32,000 nt of DNA from Candidatus Babelota bacterium. GTDB lineage: Bacteria > Babelota > Babeliae > Babelales > Vermiphilaceae. The notes under the pieces are model-generated. The model saw nothing but the letters and a program-made list of their open reading frames with translations, did no database searches and had not been told where the DNA came from. Each line of letters opens with the position of its first letter. The first letter of the stretch is position 1. Shown here piece by piece: positions 1 through 8,355 of this stretch. Made by a program: the position numbers and the translations under genes. The stretch spans positions 540,001 through 572,000 of the forward strand of contig JBDHVY010000001.1 in NCBI GenBank assembly GCA_039809905.1, in the 5' to 3' direction.

Positions 1-1
1 A

Positions 2-1234
2 ATGATTAGAAAAGATATGCCAGATCTTATCTTTTTAACTAAAAACGCAAAATATAAAGCCATTGTAGAAGATATCAGAGAACGATATGCAAAAGGTCAA
101 CCCGTTCTTATCGGTACTATTGCAATTGAAACATCAGAATTATTGAGTACCATTTTAACTGCACATGGCATTAAACATGATGTCCTTAACGCAAAACAAC
201 ATGAACGAGAAGCTGAAATTGTTGCTCATGCAGGTGAATCTGGACGAATTACCATCGCAACAAATATGGCTGGTCGTGGTACTGATATTAAACTGACACC
301 AGAATCAATTGCAGCAGGAGGTTTATATATCTTAGGAACAGAACGCCACGAAAGCAGAAGAATTGATAATCAGTTACGTGGACGATCTGGTCGTCAAGGA
401 GACCCTGGCGAATCTCGTTTTTATATTTCATTAGAAGATGATTTAGTACGTATTTTTGCGGGAGAATCGTTAAAAAATAAAATGGTTTTCTTTGGTATGC
501 AAGAAGACGAAATTATAGAATCACGTCTTGTCTCAAAAACTATTGAACGAGCACAAGAACGTGTTGAAAAACACAACTTTGATAATCGTAAGCATTTGCT
601 GGAATATGATGATGTTTTAAATCAGCAACGTATTGTTATTTATGATCATCGTCTTGATGCTCTTGAAGGTGAAAATCGTATTTATGAATTGATCCGAGAT
701 TTTATTACTACCATTATTCAAGATCTAATTGCGTATAATGCACCAACAAGAAATATAACAAACGATCAAGTTGCCAAAATATATGAAGCTTTAGAATACA
801 TAACAGGTCTTAAAGCGAAAGAATTTGAAAATGCAGCTTTAAGCACAGCAAACGTTGAATTATTTGAAAAAGATCTCATTATTTTCTTGCTTGAGCGCTA
901 TGAATTATATCGCAAACAGCACAATGAAGCTATCATGAAAGCTGCCGAAAAATGGCTTGTTTTAGAGACAATTGATAAAGCATGGCGTCAGCATATGCTT
1001 AATCTTGATCATCTGAAAGAAGGAATTGGTTTGCGCGGCTGGGGACAAAAAAATCCGCTTATTGAATACAAACGAGAAGCTTTTGATATGTTCCGTGAAA
1101 TGATGTCTCATATTCGCTTTGATATTGTTCATCATATTTTCCATGCTAATCTTACCCAGATTAATACAGAAGAACTTGAAGAACAACGCGATGAAGAAAT
1201 GGAACGTCTCAATTTTTCCGGAACAGAACAATAA
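2..1234 (+). CDS. secA: Preprotein translocase ATPase SecA, C-terminal ~410 aa (5' end upstream of window)
   Basis: ORF is open to the window edge. SecA hallmarks: ATNMAGRGTDIKL, GTERHESRRIDNQLRGRSGRQGDPG, LLEYDDVLNQQR, GIGLRGWGQKNPLIEYKREAF. Confidence 0.95.
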   Translation: MIRKDMPDLIFLTKNAKYKAIVEDIRERYAKGQPVLIGTIAIETSELLSTILTAHGIKHDVLNAKQHEREAEIVAHAGESGRITIATNMAGRGTDIKLTPESIAAGGLYILGTERHESRRIDNQLRGRSGRQGDPGESRFYISLEDDLVRIFAGESLKNKMVFFGMQEDEIIESRLVSKTIERAQERVEKHNFDNRKHLLEYDDVLNQQRIVIYDHRLDALEGENRIYELIRDFITTIIQDLIAYNAPTRNITNDQVAKIYEALEYITGLKAKEFENAALSTANVELFEKDLIIFLLERYELYRKQHNEAIMKAAEKWLVLETIDKAWRQHMLNLDHLKEGIGLRGWGQKNPLIEYKREAFDMFREMMSHIRFDIVHHIFHANLTQINTEELEEQRDEEMERLNFSGTEQ

Positions 1235-1235
1235 T

Positions 1236-1649
1236 TTAGTCACTATTTTTTTTCTGTACGATTGGCAATTCTTCTACCATAGGAGAATATGGCCTACTTT
1301 GGGTGATGGTAAATAATTGCGTGTCATAGTTACCTTTTTCTATATCAGAAAACTTTAATTGGATATTGCCCTTATCATCACACCCAATTTGTTTACAAGT
1401 ATATGCTCGACTCAAAACACGTTGATTTGACTGTTGCTCATAAATAGCAAAATGTGCTTTTTGATGTTGATTGCCAAATCTACGTTTTTCGTTTTTATGT
1501 ATAGGAATAAGAGTTTTATCTATTTTATTATAAATTATTACTCTACCAGCTTTATCATTGATAAAAGTTGTCAAACAGGCATGTATGTTCATTGTCTGCA
1601 TAATAGTCATCAGTAGAATCACCATCATTGCGTGTTTATATTTTATCAT
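1236..1649 (-). CDS. Hypothetical small exported protein (orphan)
   Basis: ORF 1236..1655. AAGGGTG lies upstream of the ATG at 1649, so the GTG at 1655 is less likely the start. Hydrophobic N-terminus (MMVILLMTIMQTMNIHA). No family recognised. Its stop is 1 nt from the secA stop (convergent). Confidence 0.5.
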   Translation of the reverse strand: MIKYKHAMMVILLMTIMQTMNIHACLTTFINDKAGRVIIYNKIDKTLIPIHKNEKRRFGNQHQKAHFAIYEQQSNQRVLSRAYTCKQIGCDDKGNIQLKFSDIEKGNYDTQLFTITQSRPYSPMVEELPIVQKKNSD

Positions 1650-1875
1650 GAACACCCTTTTTTATTATCCCATCTTTTGTCTTATCTCTTCTTAAATTAC
1701 ATTTTCAAAAATGCAAATAGCAATACTGAAGACTTTTTTAAACATAATTTTATCTAAATAAAAGGATATTTTTGTAATTACCTTCAATCCATTGAATGTG
1801 TCAATAAGAAAAGTGTATCCTTTAGATGTATTTAATAATATGAAGTTACAGATATAAAAAAAAGTAGATACTGTT

Positions 1876-4848
1876 ATGGTAAAAAACATAATTACCCTTA
1901 TTTTAAATATTTTTTTGATTATATTTTTTACTCCTTCATATAGCATGGTACCAAAGCTTATAAGACTTCCATCCACGAAAGCCCCCAAACCATCTCTCTC
2001 TCAGCAACGTCCAACCCGAGCTATACAAGTAGAGTACCTACCACAACGCCCTATAAGTGTGCCTATTGGCGAAAAGGTAGATATACAACCATTAAACCCC
2101 ATAGGAAAACCCCAGGTAGTTGATTTACCTGAAATGATCGGCCAACGAGTACCATCTGGCAATAAACCTTCTCGCTCACGTTTAGAGACTATAAAAAATA
2201 TTCAACCTCAGGGCCAATCACAACAAATTATTGATCTTGCAACTCTTGATAAACTCGAAAATCTCAAAAAAAATCAAAAACCTGGGTCTCGCATTGCTGC
2301 TGCACTCACTGAAAAAAAACCAATAGAAGAAGTACAAAAAATTTTTAATCAAGAAGTACATGCGGCGCAAAAAGATGGATATAATATAATACTTATTAGT
2401 TCAAAAGCACCAAAAACTCGTTTGCTTCTTTCTCGGTTCTTTACAAAAACCTTAAACTCTGCTCCTACTTTAACGACAAAATCGATTAAATTAGACAACA
2501 AGCCTTTTCTTTCCTTTATAAAATTACTTGATCAATCTATCATTCTTATTGAACGAGCTTTTACCCATACTTTTGTGCCTCTTTCTATAGGTGAATCTTC
2601 ACCAGAATCCCTATTTGGAAAATTAGGAAATACTATAAAACAAGTTGATGATACTCATGGTGCAAAGATGTTAGCAGAAACAAAAAAATTAGCTGAAGAA
2701 AAAATAGCTGCTGATAAATTAGCTCAAGCAGAAGCTGAAGCACAAGCTAAAGCCGCTGCTGAATTACAAGAAAAAACAAATAAAGAAACTGAAGAAAATG
2801 CAGAAAAAAAACGGCTTGCTGAAGAAAATGCGGAAAAATTACGAGCTAAAGCCCTAGAAGATGCTGAAAAGGCAAGTAAGGCAAAACAAGATGCTGAAGA
2901 AGCTGCAATTGCCGGAGAAATAGAAACTGCTCAAAAAACCGAACAAGCTTTACGAGATCAAGCGCTGGAAGCTGCCGAAAAATTTTCGGAACAAAAAGAT
3001 CTTGCTCAAGAACAGGCTCTAAGAGAAAAAGAAAAAGCAATTGAAGCTTTGAAAGAACAAGCTCTCAAAGAAGCTGAAGCTGCAAGCAAAGCAAAAGAAG
3101 CTGCTGAAGAAGCTTTAACTCTCAATGATCTGAAAATTGCTGAACAAAGAGCTGCTGAAAAAACTGAACTATTAACTCAAGCTCAGCAAGAAGCTCAACA
3201 ATTGGCAGACAAAAAACCCGCACAAGATATTCAACCTGAACCAAAAAAACCAATCGTAGAACAAAAATCACCACAAAAAATGCCTCAAGAAGATACTGAA
3301 ATAACTACCGAACAAGAAAAAACTCTGCAAGATAAGTTCACTAGAGAACAAGCTGTCCGTGAACAAGAAAAGATTGCTGCTGAAAAAGCTACAGAACAAA
3401 AAAATCTTGCTCAAGAACAAACTGCTATAGAAAAAGAAAAAGCAATTGAATCTTTGAAAGAACAAGCTCTCAAAGAAGCTGAAGCTGCAAGCAAAGCAAA
3501 AGAAGCTGCTGAAGAAGCTGCAACTCTCAGAGATTTAGAAATTGCTGCACAAAAGGCTGCTGAAAAAGCTGAACTATTAACTCAAGCTCAACAAGAAACT
3601 CAACAATCAGCAGGTAAAAAACCCGCACAAGACATTCAACCTGAACCAAAAAAACCAATCGCGCAAGAAGAACCACAAAAAATGCCTCAAGAAGATATTG
3701 AATCGACTACTAAAGAAGAGCAAGCTTTGCAAGAAAAGCTTACGATGGAACGAGCTTTGCGCGAACAAGAAAATATTGCTGCTGAAAAATCTTTGCGTGA
3801 GCAAGAGCAACAAAAAGCTTTGCAAAATTTAACTCAGGCCCAGCAAGACGCTCAAAAACTTGCAGATAAAAACCTTGCACAAGACATTCAACCTGAACCA
3901 AAAAAACCACTTACGGAAAAAGAAGAACCACAAAGATCTTCTCAAGCGGAAGAGCCCGAATTACCTTTGGCTCTTGAACCTGCAAAAGAAGCACAAAAGG
4001 AAGAAGGAAAAATAAAAAGAATAATACCTATTCCAATCACAACATCAACAGATTTGCCAGAGGAACAAGAACCCAAACCCGAAATTCCAAAAAATAATGT
4101 TGAAATTTTACCACCAGAATTATCAACCGAAATTGAAGAACCAATCGCAGAACCTGCAGAAGAAACACCATTAACACCATCAAATAAAGCTGAGAAAGAG
4201 ATTCCTTCTCAATCAACAGCCTATAGAAGAAAGCGACCTCAAACAGCTCCGGCAACTGAACCAAAAAAAGCAGCATCAGCTGCTCAAGAAACACCAGCTC
4301 AAACTGGTACATATTCTGGATCACAAATAACCTTGTTTGGATATCCAAAAAGTGAACCATATCGACCATTTATACCGAATCTTCCACGTGCAACACAGCA
4401 GCCTACATCAACAACTAAAGCTCCTACAGACAGAAGCTCTTCTTCACGGCGGTCTACTCCTAAAACATATACTCAAAAACCATCACCAGAACCGGTAGAA
4501 AAAAAACCTCAACCAATAGAAGTTACAAAAAATAGACGTAGCAAAAAACAAATGGCCGATATTGCTATACTTGAAGCTCAAATAAAAAAATCACAAAATA
4601 AAATTGCTTCTCGTGAAACAGTACGACCATCATTTAAAAATTATTTACGAGGCTTACAACATCTAAAAAAAGCCCATGAAACAAAAAAAACAACTACTAT
4701 AGCTGCACAATCAAAAACAAAAACAACAAAAGAAGCAAGCAGCTCAACATGGTCATTTATTCAAAAAACTGCTACAAAAATCACCACTATTATTACTGAT
4801 CTTGGCAAAGCTATTGGTAACTATTTTAAACATTTTTTTGGCAGCTAA
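1876..4848 (+). CDS. Large signal-anchored coiled-coil / Pro-rich repeat protein (990 aa), unknown function
   Basis: Long ORF in an AT-rich genome. N-terminal hydrophobic segment MVKNIITLILNIFLIIFFTPSYS. A/E/K/Q-rich heptad-like central region (AEEKIAADKLAQAEAEAQAKAAAELQEK). QDIQPEPKKP motifs x3. P/T/S/K-rich distal part and amphipathic C-terminus. No convincing SD, so the start is uncertain. Confidence 0.8.
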   Translation: MVKNIITLILNIFLIIFFTPSYSMVPKLIRLPSTKAPKPSLSQQRPTRAIQVEYLPQRPISVPIGEKVDIQPLNPIGKPQVVDLPEMIGQRVPSGNKPSRSRLETIKNIQPQGQSQQIIDLATLDKLENLKKNQKPGSRIAAALTEKKPIEEVQKIFNQEVHAAQKDGYNIILISSKAPKTRLLLSRFFTKTLNSAPTLTTKSIKLDNKPFLSFIKLLDQSIILIERAFTHTFVPLSIGESSPESLFGKLGNTIKQVDDTHGAKMLAETKKLAEEKIAADKLAQAEAEAQAKAAAELQEKTNKETEENAEKKRLAEENAEKLRAKALEDAEKASKAKQDAEEAAIAGEIETAQKTEQALRDQALEAAEKFSEQKDLAQEQALREKEKAIEALKEQALKEAEAASKAKEAAEEALTLNDLKIAEQRAAEKTELLTQAQQEAQQLADKKPAQDIQPEPKKPIVEQKSPQKMPQEDTEITTEQEKTLQDKFTREQAVREQEKIAAEKATEQKNLAQEQTAIEKEKAIESLKEQALKEAEAASKAKEAAEEAATLRDLEIAAQKAAEKAELLTQAQQETQQSAGKKPAQDIQPEPKKPIAQEEPQKMPQEDIESTTKEEQALQEKLTMERALREQENIAAEKSLREQEQQKALQNLTQAQQDAQKLADKNLAQDIQPEPKKPLTEKEEPQRSSQAEEPELPLALEPAKEAQKEEGKIKRIIPIPITTSTDLPEEQEPKPEIPKNNVEILPPELSTEIEEPIAEPAEETPLTPSNKAEKEIPSQSTAYRRKRPQTAPATEPKKAASAAQETPAQTGTYSGSQITLFGYPKSEPYRPFIPNLPRATQQPTSTTKAPTDRSSSSRRSTPKTYTQKPSPEPVEKKPQPIEVTKNRRSKKQMADIAILEAQIKKSQNKIASRETVRPSFKNYLRGLQHLKKAHETKKTTTIAAQSKTKTTKEASSSTWSFIQKTATKITTIITDLGKAIGNYFKHFFGS
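2941..3912 (+). repeat. In-frame tandem repeat, period 405 bp (135 aa), two near-full copies plus a shortened third
   Basis: Matching strings are offset by exactly 405 nt: gaacaagct at 2941/3346, gaaaaagcaattgaa at 3031/3436, cccgcacaaga(t/c)attcaacctgaaccaaaaaaaccaatcg at 3217/3622. A third, degenerate QDIQPEPKKP unit lies near 3873-3909. Confidence 0.9.
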
Positions 4849-4976
4849 TAAAATAATAGACCTCATACATAATAATAATGAAGTATGAACAACCTAAATC
4901 GTTGCTATTACAAAATTAAATATGTGAAAATAGAGACAGTAATAAATTACCATATCTCTAAAAAAAAGGATTTTTT

Positions 4977-5387
4977 ATGAACATTTCAAAAAATATGCTG
5001 CTTATCGCAGCTCTTTTTACCATGAATGCCCTTGATGCTAAAGGTGGTAAAAAAACTCCTGCTCAACAACAACCTGTACCAGGAAAACAACCCGGTGCTC
5101 AGCAACCTGCAGCAAAAAAAGTAACTTACAAATCAATCAAAGATGAAATACTACAAGCAACCAATGTAATAAGTAACGGTAAATTTACTCAGAATTTCCT
5201 TGATGAAAAAATAATGAACAATCTCGCTCAACTTGGCAATTATCCTGATGATCTTCCAGGATTTTTCTTGCTAATGGCACGAGACAAACATCTTCCATTA
5301 TCTAATAATGATGCAGATAATTTAAAAAAGCTTTCCAGCATTAATCAACAGATTAAAGAGATATTGCAAGCCCACAAAAATCGATAA
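4977..5387 (+). CDS. Paralog 1 of tandem secreted family (signal peptide + P/Q linker + N-domain only)
   Basis: SD aaaaaggat. Signal-like MLLIAALFTMNALDA followed by KGGKK. P/Q-rich linker. Domain VTYKSIKDEI...DKHLPLSNNDADN aligns with genes 2-4. Confidence 0.8.
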   Translation: MNISKNMLLIAALFTMNALDAKGGKKTPAQQQPVPGKQPGAQQPAAKKVTYKSIKDEILQATNVISNGKFTQNFLDEKIMNNLAQLGNYPDDLPGFFLLMARDKHLPLSNNDADNLKKLSSINQQIKEILQAHKNR

Positions 5388-5423
5388 ACATTTTTAGCCT
5401 TATAAAAAGAGGAAAAATTTATA

Positions 5424-6437
5424 ATGAAATTAATAAAAAACAGCATATATATCATAATTCTATTACATAGCAATATTGATGCTAAAGGTGGAAAAGCTGC
5501 TCCAAATAAACCAGCCCCAGGAAACAAACCAGCACCAACAAAGCAACAAGTTCCAGCAAAAAAGGGGACTTATACTTCTATCCTTACACAAATAAGAAAA
5601 AATCCACCAAAAATATTCAATAAACAAGGAATGGTAGAAAATAGCTTTATGCAATACATAAACTCATTTGATATCTCAAATGAAGCAAAAATAGCTCTTT
5701 TTGAAGCCGGCTTAGATCTTCATGCACCTTTTTCTGGAAATATGGACACTGATCCATTGCTTATAGGAAATATATTTAGCTCACTGAATGATTTTGCTGG
5801 CATGATAAATAATCAAAATCAACCAGCTCCAGAACCAGCTCCAAATCAACCAGGGCCTAATCCTCAGCAACAATTTACACCTGAACAACAAGAGGCCAAT
5901 GACTTAGTTCACAGATATAGTAAAGGTCTTGCAAACTTGAAGTCACAGGAAGCAGCAGACATTATATTTGGAATAGCACGAAAGCTAATATCCACATATC
6001 CTTCTATCACTATTGACCATCAAAATGAAATAGTAAGCATTATATTAGATGCAATAACCTATAATCAAAATACAAAATACACTGTTGATCAAGCAACAGA
6101 CGTAATACATGTTATCGGCTTGTATTGGGCTCAATTAACTCAGATACGAAAAGAAGGACTTGAGCAACAAGAGCGAATAGTAGCCAACGAAATAGTAGCC
6201 CTAAGAAGCCAAGAGATAGACAAGATTCTGTATAAATCTATGTATAATGCTGACCAGATGAAGAATGTAGCAATAAGTTTAATTGAAAAATATCCGGGTC
6301 TTAAAACAAAAGGATACCAGCATACATTCGATTTGTTAATTGATTCAATCGAGACGAAGTTTGGAGTAATGGATAATCAAAAAAAACAGCAAGCTTATGC
6401 AACCATCAGAGACAACTGGACTAATATAATACGGTAA
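5424..6437 (+). CDS. Paralog 2 of tandem secreted family (N-domain + two C-modules)
   Basis: SD aaagagga. IYIIILLHSNIDA followed by KGGKAAPNKPAP. GTYTSILTQIRK...LHAPFSG. Second linker QPAPEPAPNQPGPNPQQQ. Two copies of a helical C-module (ANDLV...YWAQL and ANEIV...DNWTNII). Confidence 0.85.
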   Translation: MKLIKNSIYIIILLHSNIDAKGGKAAPNKPAPGNKPAPTKQQVPAKKGTYTSILTQIRKNPPKIFNKQGMVENSFMQYINSFDISNEAKIALFEAGLDLHAPFSGNMDTDPLLIGNIFSSLNDFAGMINNQNQPAPEPAPNQPGPNPQQQFTPEQQEANDLVHRYSKGLANLKSQEAADIIFGIARKLISTYPSITIDHQNEIVSIILDAITYNQNTKYTVDQATDVIHVIGLYWAQLTQIRKEGLEQQERIVANEIVALRSQEIDKILYKSMYNADQMKNVAISLIEKYPGLKTKGYQHTFDLLIDSIETKFGVMDNQKKQQAYATIRDNWTNIIR

Positions 6438-6558
6438 CATATAAGTTATTGCTTTTTTATCATTAATAATTGTTTTCTCAAGATCTTTTACAGTCAGAGT
6501 ATTGCAACCAGCTTACTCTGACTGATTTTATATCTTTTGTATATAAAAAGGAAATTCC
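6438..6558 (+). repeat. Duplicated intergenic module, copy A
   Basis: The 121-nt spacer aligns along its whole length with 7399..7519: catataagtt..ttgct...attaataatt...cttttaca(g/a)tcagagtattgcaac(c/a)agcttactctga(c/t)tgattttatatctttt...aggaaattcc. Confidence 0.9.
6491..6538 (+). terminator. Hairpin + T-rich tract between paralogs 2 and 3 (putative intrinsic terminator/attenuator)
   Basis: CAGTCAGAGTA (6491-6501) and TACTCTGACTG (6514-6524) form a perfect 11-bp stem with a 12-nt loop, followed by attttatatctttt. Confidence 0.5.
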
Positions 6559-7398
6559 ATGAAAATCAAAAATATTTTATATCTCATAATCTTCATGCCA
6601 GTTATTACCATAGAATCAAAAAGTGGAAAAGCTGCTGCAAATAAACCAGCTCCAGTACAACAACAACCAGCGCCAAAACAACCACAACAAAAACCAGCCC
6701 CCCAAAAGAATCAACAACCACAGGCTCAAGAAACATATACTTCTTTATTGTCCTACATTAGAAATGCATCACCACAGATGATATTTAAAGATGGTGATTT
6801 TACTCCAGATTTTCTTAACAACAAAATACAAGGCATTAACGACCCAACAGCAGTAGCAAGTTTATTGCAAGCAGCGCGAAATCTTCATATGCCGCTATCA
6901 GCAAATGATCAGGACAATGCACATTTAATAACACAATCAAATAAAAGAATTAGTGATTTAATGAATGGTTGGTTTGGTGTTCCTGCAGCACAGCAACCTA
7001 AATCACCACAGCAGCAACAACCTAAATCACCACAGCAACAACAACCTAAATCACCACAGCAACAACAACCCGCAAAAGGGAATCAGCCTAAAGCTCCGCA
7101 ACCTAAACCAGTACATGAAGACCCGATAAGCATAACTGCTCGTGAAATAGTAAAAAAGAGAAAAGAAGACCTAAACAAGATATTATATACTCCTAATAAT
7201 ATTTACCAAGAGGGAGGCATTATCGGTGCAGCAATAGACCTAGTAAACAAACATCCAGAAATTACAGAGCGTAGTACATTCGAGATATTAGTATATGAGA
7301 TTGAGGCTGAGTTTGGAAAAGACTTACCTCGTGAAAAAAAAGAGTCTATTCTAAATACCATCGAAAAAAATTGGGATTTTATTATTAGCCAACAATAG
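6559..7398 (+). CDS. Paralog 3 of tandem secreted family (N-domain + one C-module)
   Basis: SD aaaagga. ILYLIIFMPVITIES followed by KSGKAAANKPAP. ETYTSLLSYIRN...ARNLHMPLSANDQDNAHLI. PKSPQQQQ x3 linker. C-module AREIV...EKNWDFII. Confidence 0.85.
   Translation: MKIKNILYLIIFMPVITIESKSGKAAANKPAPVQQQPAPKQPQQKPAPQKNQQPQAQETYTSLLSYIRNASPQMIFKDGDFTPDFLNNKIQGINDPTAVASLLQAARNLHMPLSANDQDNAHLITQSNKRISDLMNGWFGVPAAQQPKSPQQQQPKSPQQQQPKSPQQQQPAKGNQPKAPQPKPVHEDPISITAREIVKKRKEDLNKILYTPNNIYQEGGIIGAAIDLVNKHPEITERSTFEILVYEIEAEFGKDLPREKKESILNTIEKNWDFIISQQ
6997..7068 (+). repeat. 24-bp x3 in-frame tandem repeat (PKSPQQQQ)
   Basis: cctaaatcaccacagca(g/a)caacaa occurs at 6997, 7021 and 7045. Copies 2 and 3 are identical; copy 1 differs at one base. 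Confidence 0.95.
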
Positions 7399-7519
7399 AA
7401 AACATATAAGTTTCTTGCTCTTATTATTAATAATTATTTTTTGAGGTCTTTTACAATCAGAGTATTGCAACAAGCTTACTCTGATTGATTTTATATCTTT
7501 TATCTAAAGAGGAATTCCT
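7399..7519 (+). repeat. Duplicated intergenic module, copy B
   Basis: See copy A. Same length (121 nt) and same order of blocks, including the hairpin and the SD region. Confidence 0.9.
7454..7501 (+). terminator. Hairpin + T-rich tract between paralogs 3 and 4 (putative intrinsic terminator/attenuator)
   Basis: CAATCAGAGTA (7454-7464) and TACTCTGATTG (7477-7487) form a perfect 11-bp stem, followed by attttatatctttt. Relative to copy A, stem pair 3/9 changes from G-C to A-T. Confidence 0.5.
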
Positions 7520-8230
7520 ATGAAACTCAAAAGTATTTTATATCTCATAATTTTTATGCCAATTACTACTATAGAATCAAAAGGTGGAAAAGCTGCTGCA
7601 AACAAACCAGAGCCTAGACCTGCAAGACCAAGACAAGAACAACAAAAACCAGCTCCTGGTCGACAACAGCAAGCACAAGAAACATATACGTCCCTCTTGC
7701 AATACATAAGAAAAGCACCTTCAGGAAATATATTCAAAGATGGTGAATTTACTCCAGATTTTCTTGGCAAAACGCAACGCATTAAACCTACTGATTTGAT
7801 AGCAGTAGAAGCTTTATTGCAAGCAGCCCGAAATCTTCATATGCCATTATCTGGAGATGATGAGGAAAATTCACATTTAATAACCCAAACAAATGCAATG
7901 ATAAGTGATTTAAAGAATAAGTGGTTTCCGGTAAATCTAGAACTATCTCCAGAACAAATAGCTGCTAACGATATAATACTCAAGCATGGGAAAAAGGCAT
8001 TTTTAGCTTATCATGAAGGTACAAAAACATCATTTTTTCACGTGGCAAAACTTCTTGTAGCCAAAATGCCCGAATTAAGAAAAGCAGCTCCTGATCAAGT
8101 ATCACAAATGTTATTAGATGCTATTGAAACACAACTTAACAAAAGATACACCGCTGAGCAAACAGCAAGCCTGAAAGAGCATATCAACAACCATTGGAAT
8201 GATTTACTTGAACAAGTACCAGCACAATAA
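7520..8230 (+). CDS. Paralog 4 of tandem secreted family (N-domain + one C-module)
   Basis: SD aaagagga. ILYLIIFMPITTIES followed by KGGKAAANKPEP. ETYTSLLQYIRK...ARNLHMPLSGDDEENSHLI. C-module ANDII...NNHWNDLL. Confidence 0.85.
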   Translation: MKLKSILYLIIFMPITTIESKGGKAAANKPEPRPARPRQEQQKPAPGRQQQAQETYTSLLQYIRKAPSGNIFKDGEFTPDFLGKTQRIKPTDLIAVEALLQAARNLHMPLSGDDEENSHLITQTNAMISDLKNKWFPVNLELSPEQIAANDIILKHGKKAFLAYHEGTKTSFFHVAKLLVAKMPELRKAAPDQVSQMLLDAIETQLNKRYTAEQTASLKEHINNHWNDLLEQVPAQ

Positions 8231-8285
8231 TCAATAGTATATAGCTACTCAGATCTTTTCAGTTGCTAGAATATTGGTAATAAAT

Positions 8286-8340
8286 AAAAGCACTTGGTAA
8301 TCTTGAAATGTATATTCAAGATTACCAAGTGTTTTTATTT
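8286..8340. terminator. Bidirectional intrinsic terminator between paralog 4 (+) and the OMP gene (-)
   Basis: Perfect 17-bp stem CACTTGGTAATCTTGAA (8291-8307) / TTCAAGATTACCAAGTG (8315-8331) with a 7-nt loop, flanked by aaaag on the left and ttttta on the right. Confidence 0.8.
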
Positions 8341-8355
8341 TATAAATATATCGAA

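Noticed and set aside
1692-1988. 98-aa minus-strand ORF overlapping the start of the 990-aa gene
   Set aside because: AT-rich, low-complexity translation with no SD. It overlaps the signal-anchor coding region of the better-supported gene.
2941-3912. Possible CRISPR-like or non-coding repeat array
   Set aside because: The repeats are 405 bp long, contiguous without spacers and maintain one reading frame, so this is a coding tandem duplication. The same applies to the 24-bp x3 repeat at 6997-7068.
2846-4369. Antisense ORFs inside the coiled-coil gene (2846..3040, 3268..3465, 3607..3825, 4037..4369)
   Set aside because: They are the low-complexity mirror (L/F/S-rich) of the A/E/K/Q-rich sense strand. 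They have no SD and lie wholly within a much longer, coherent ORF.
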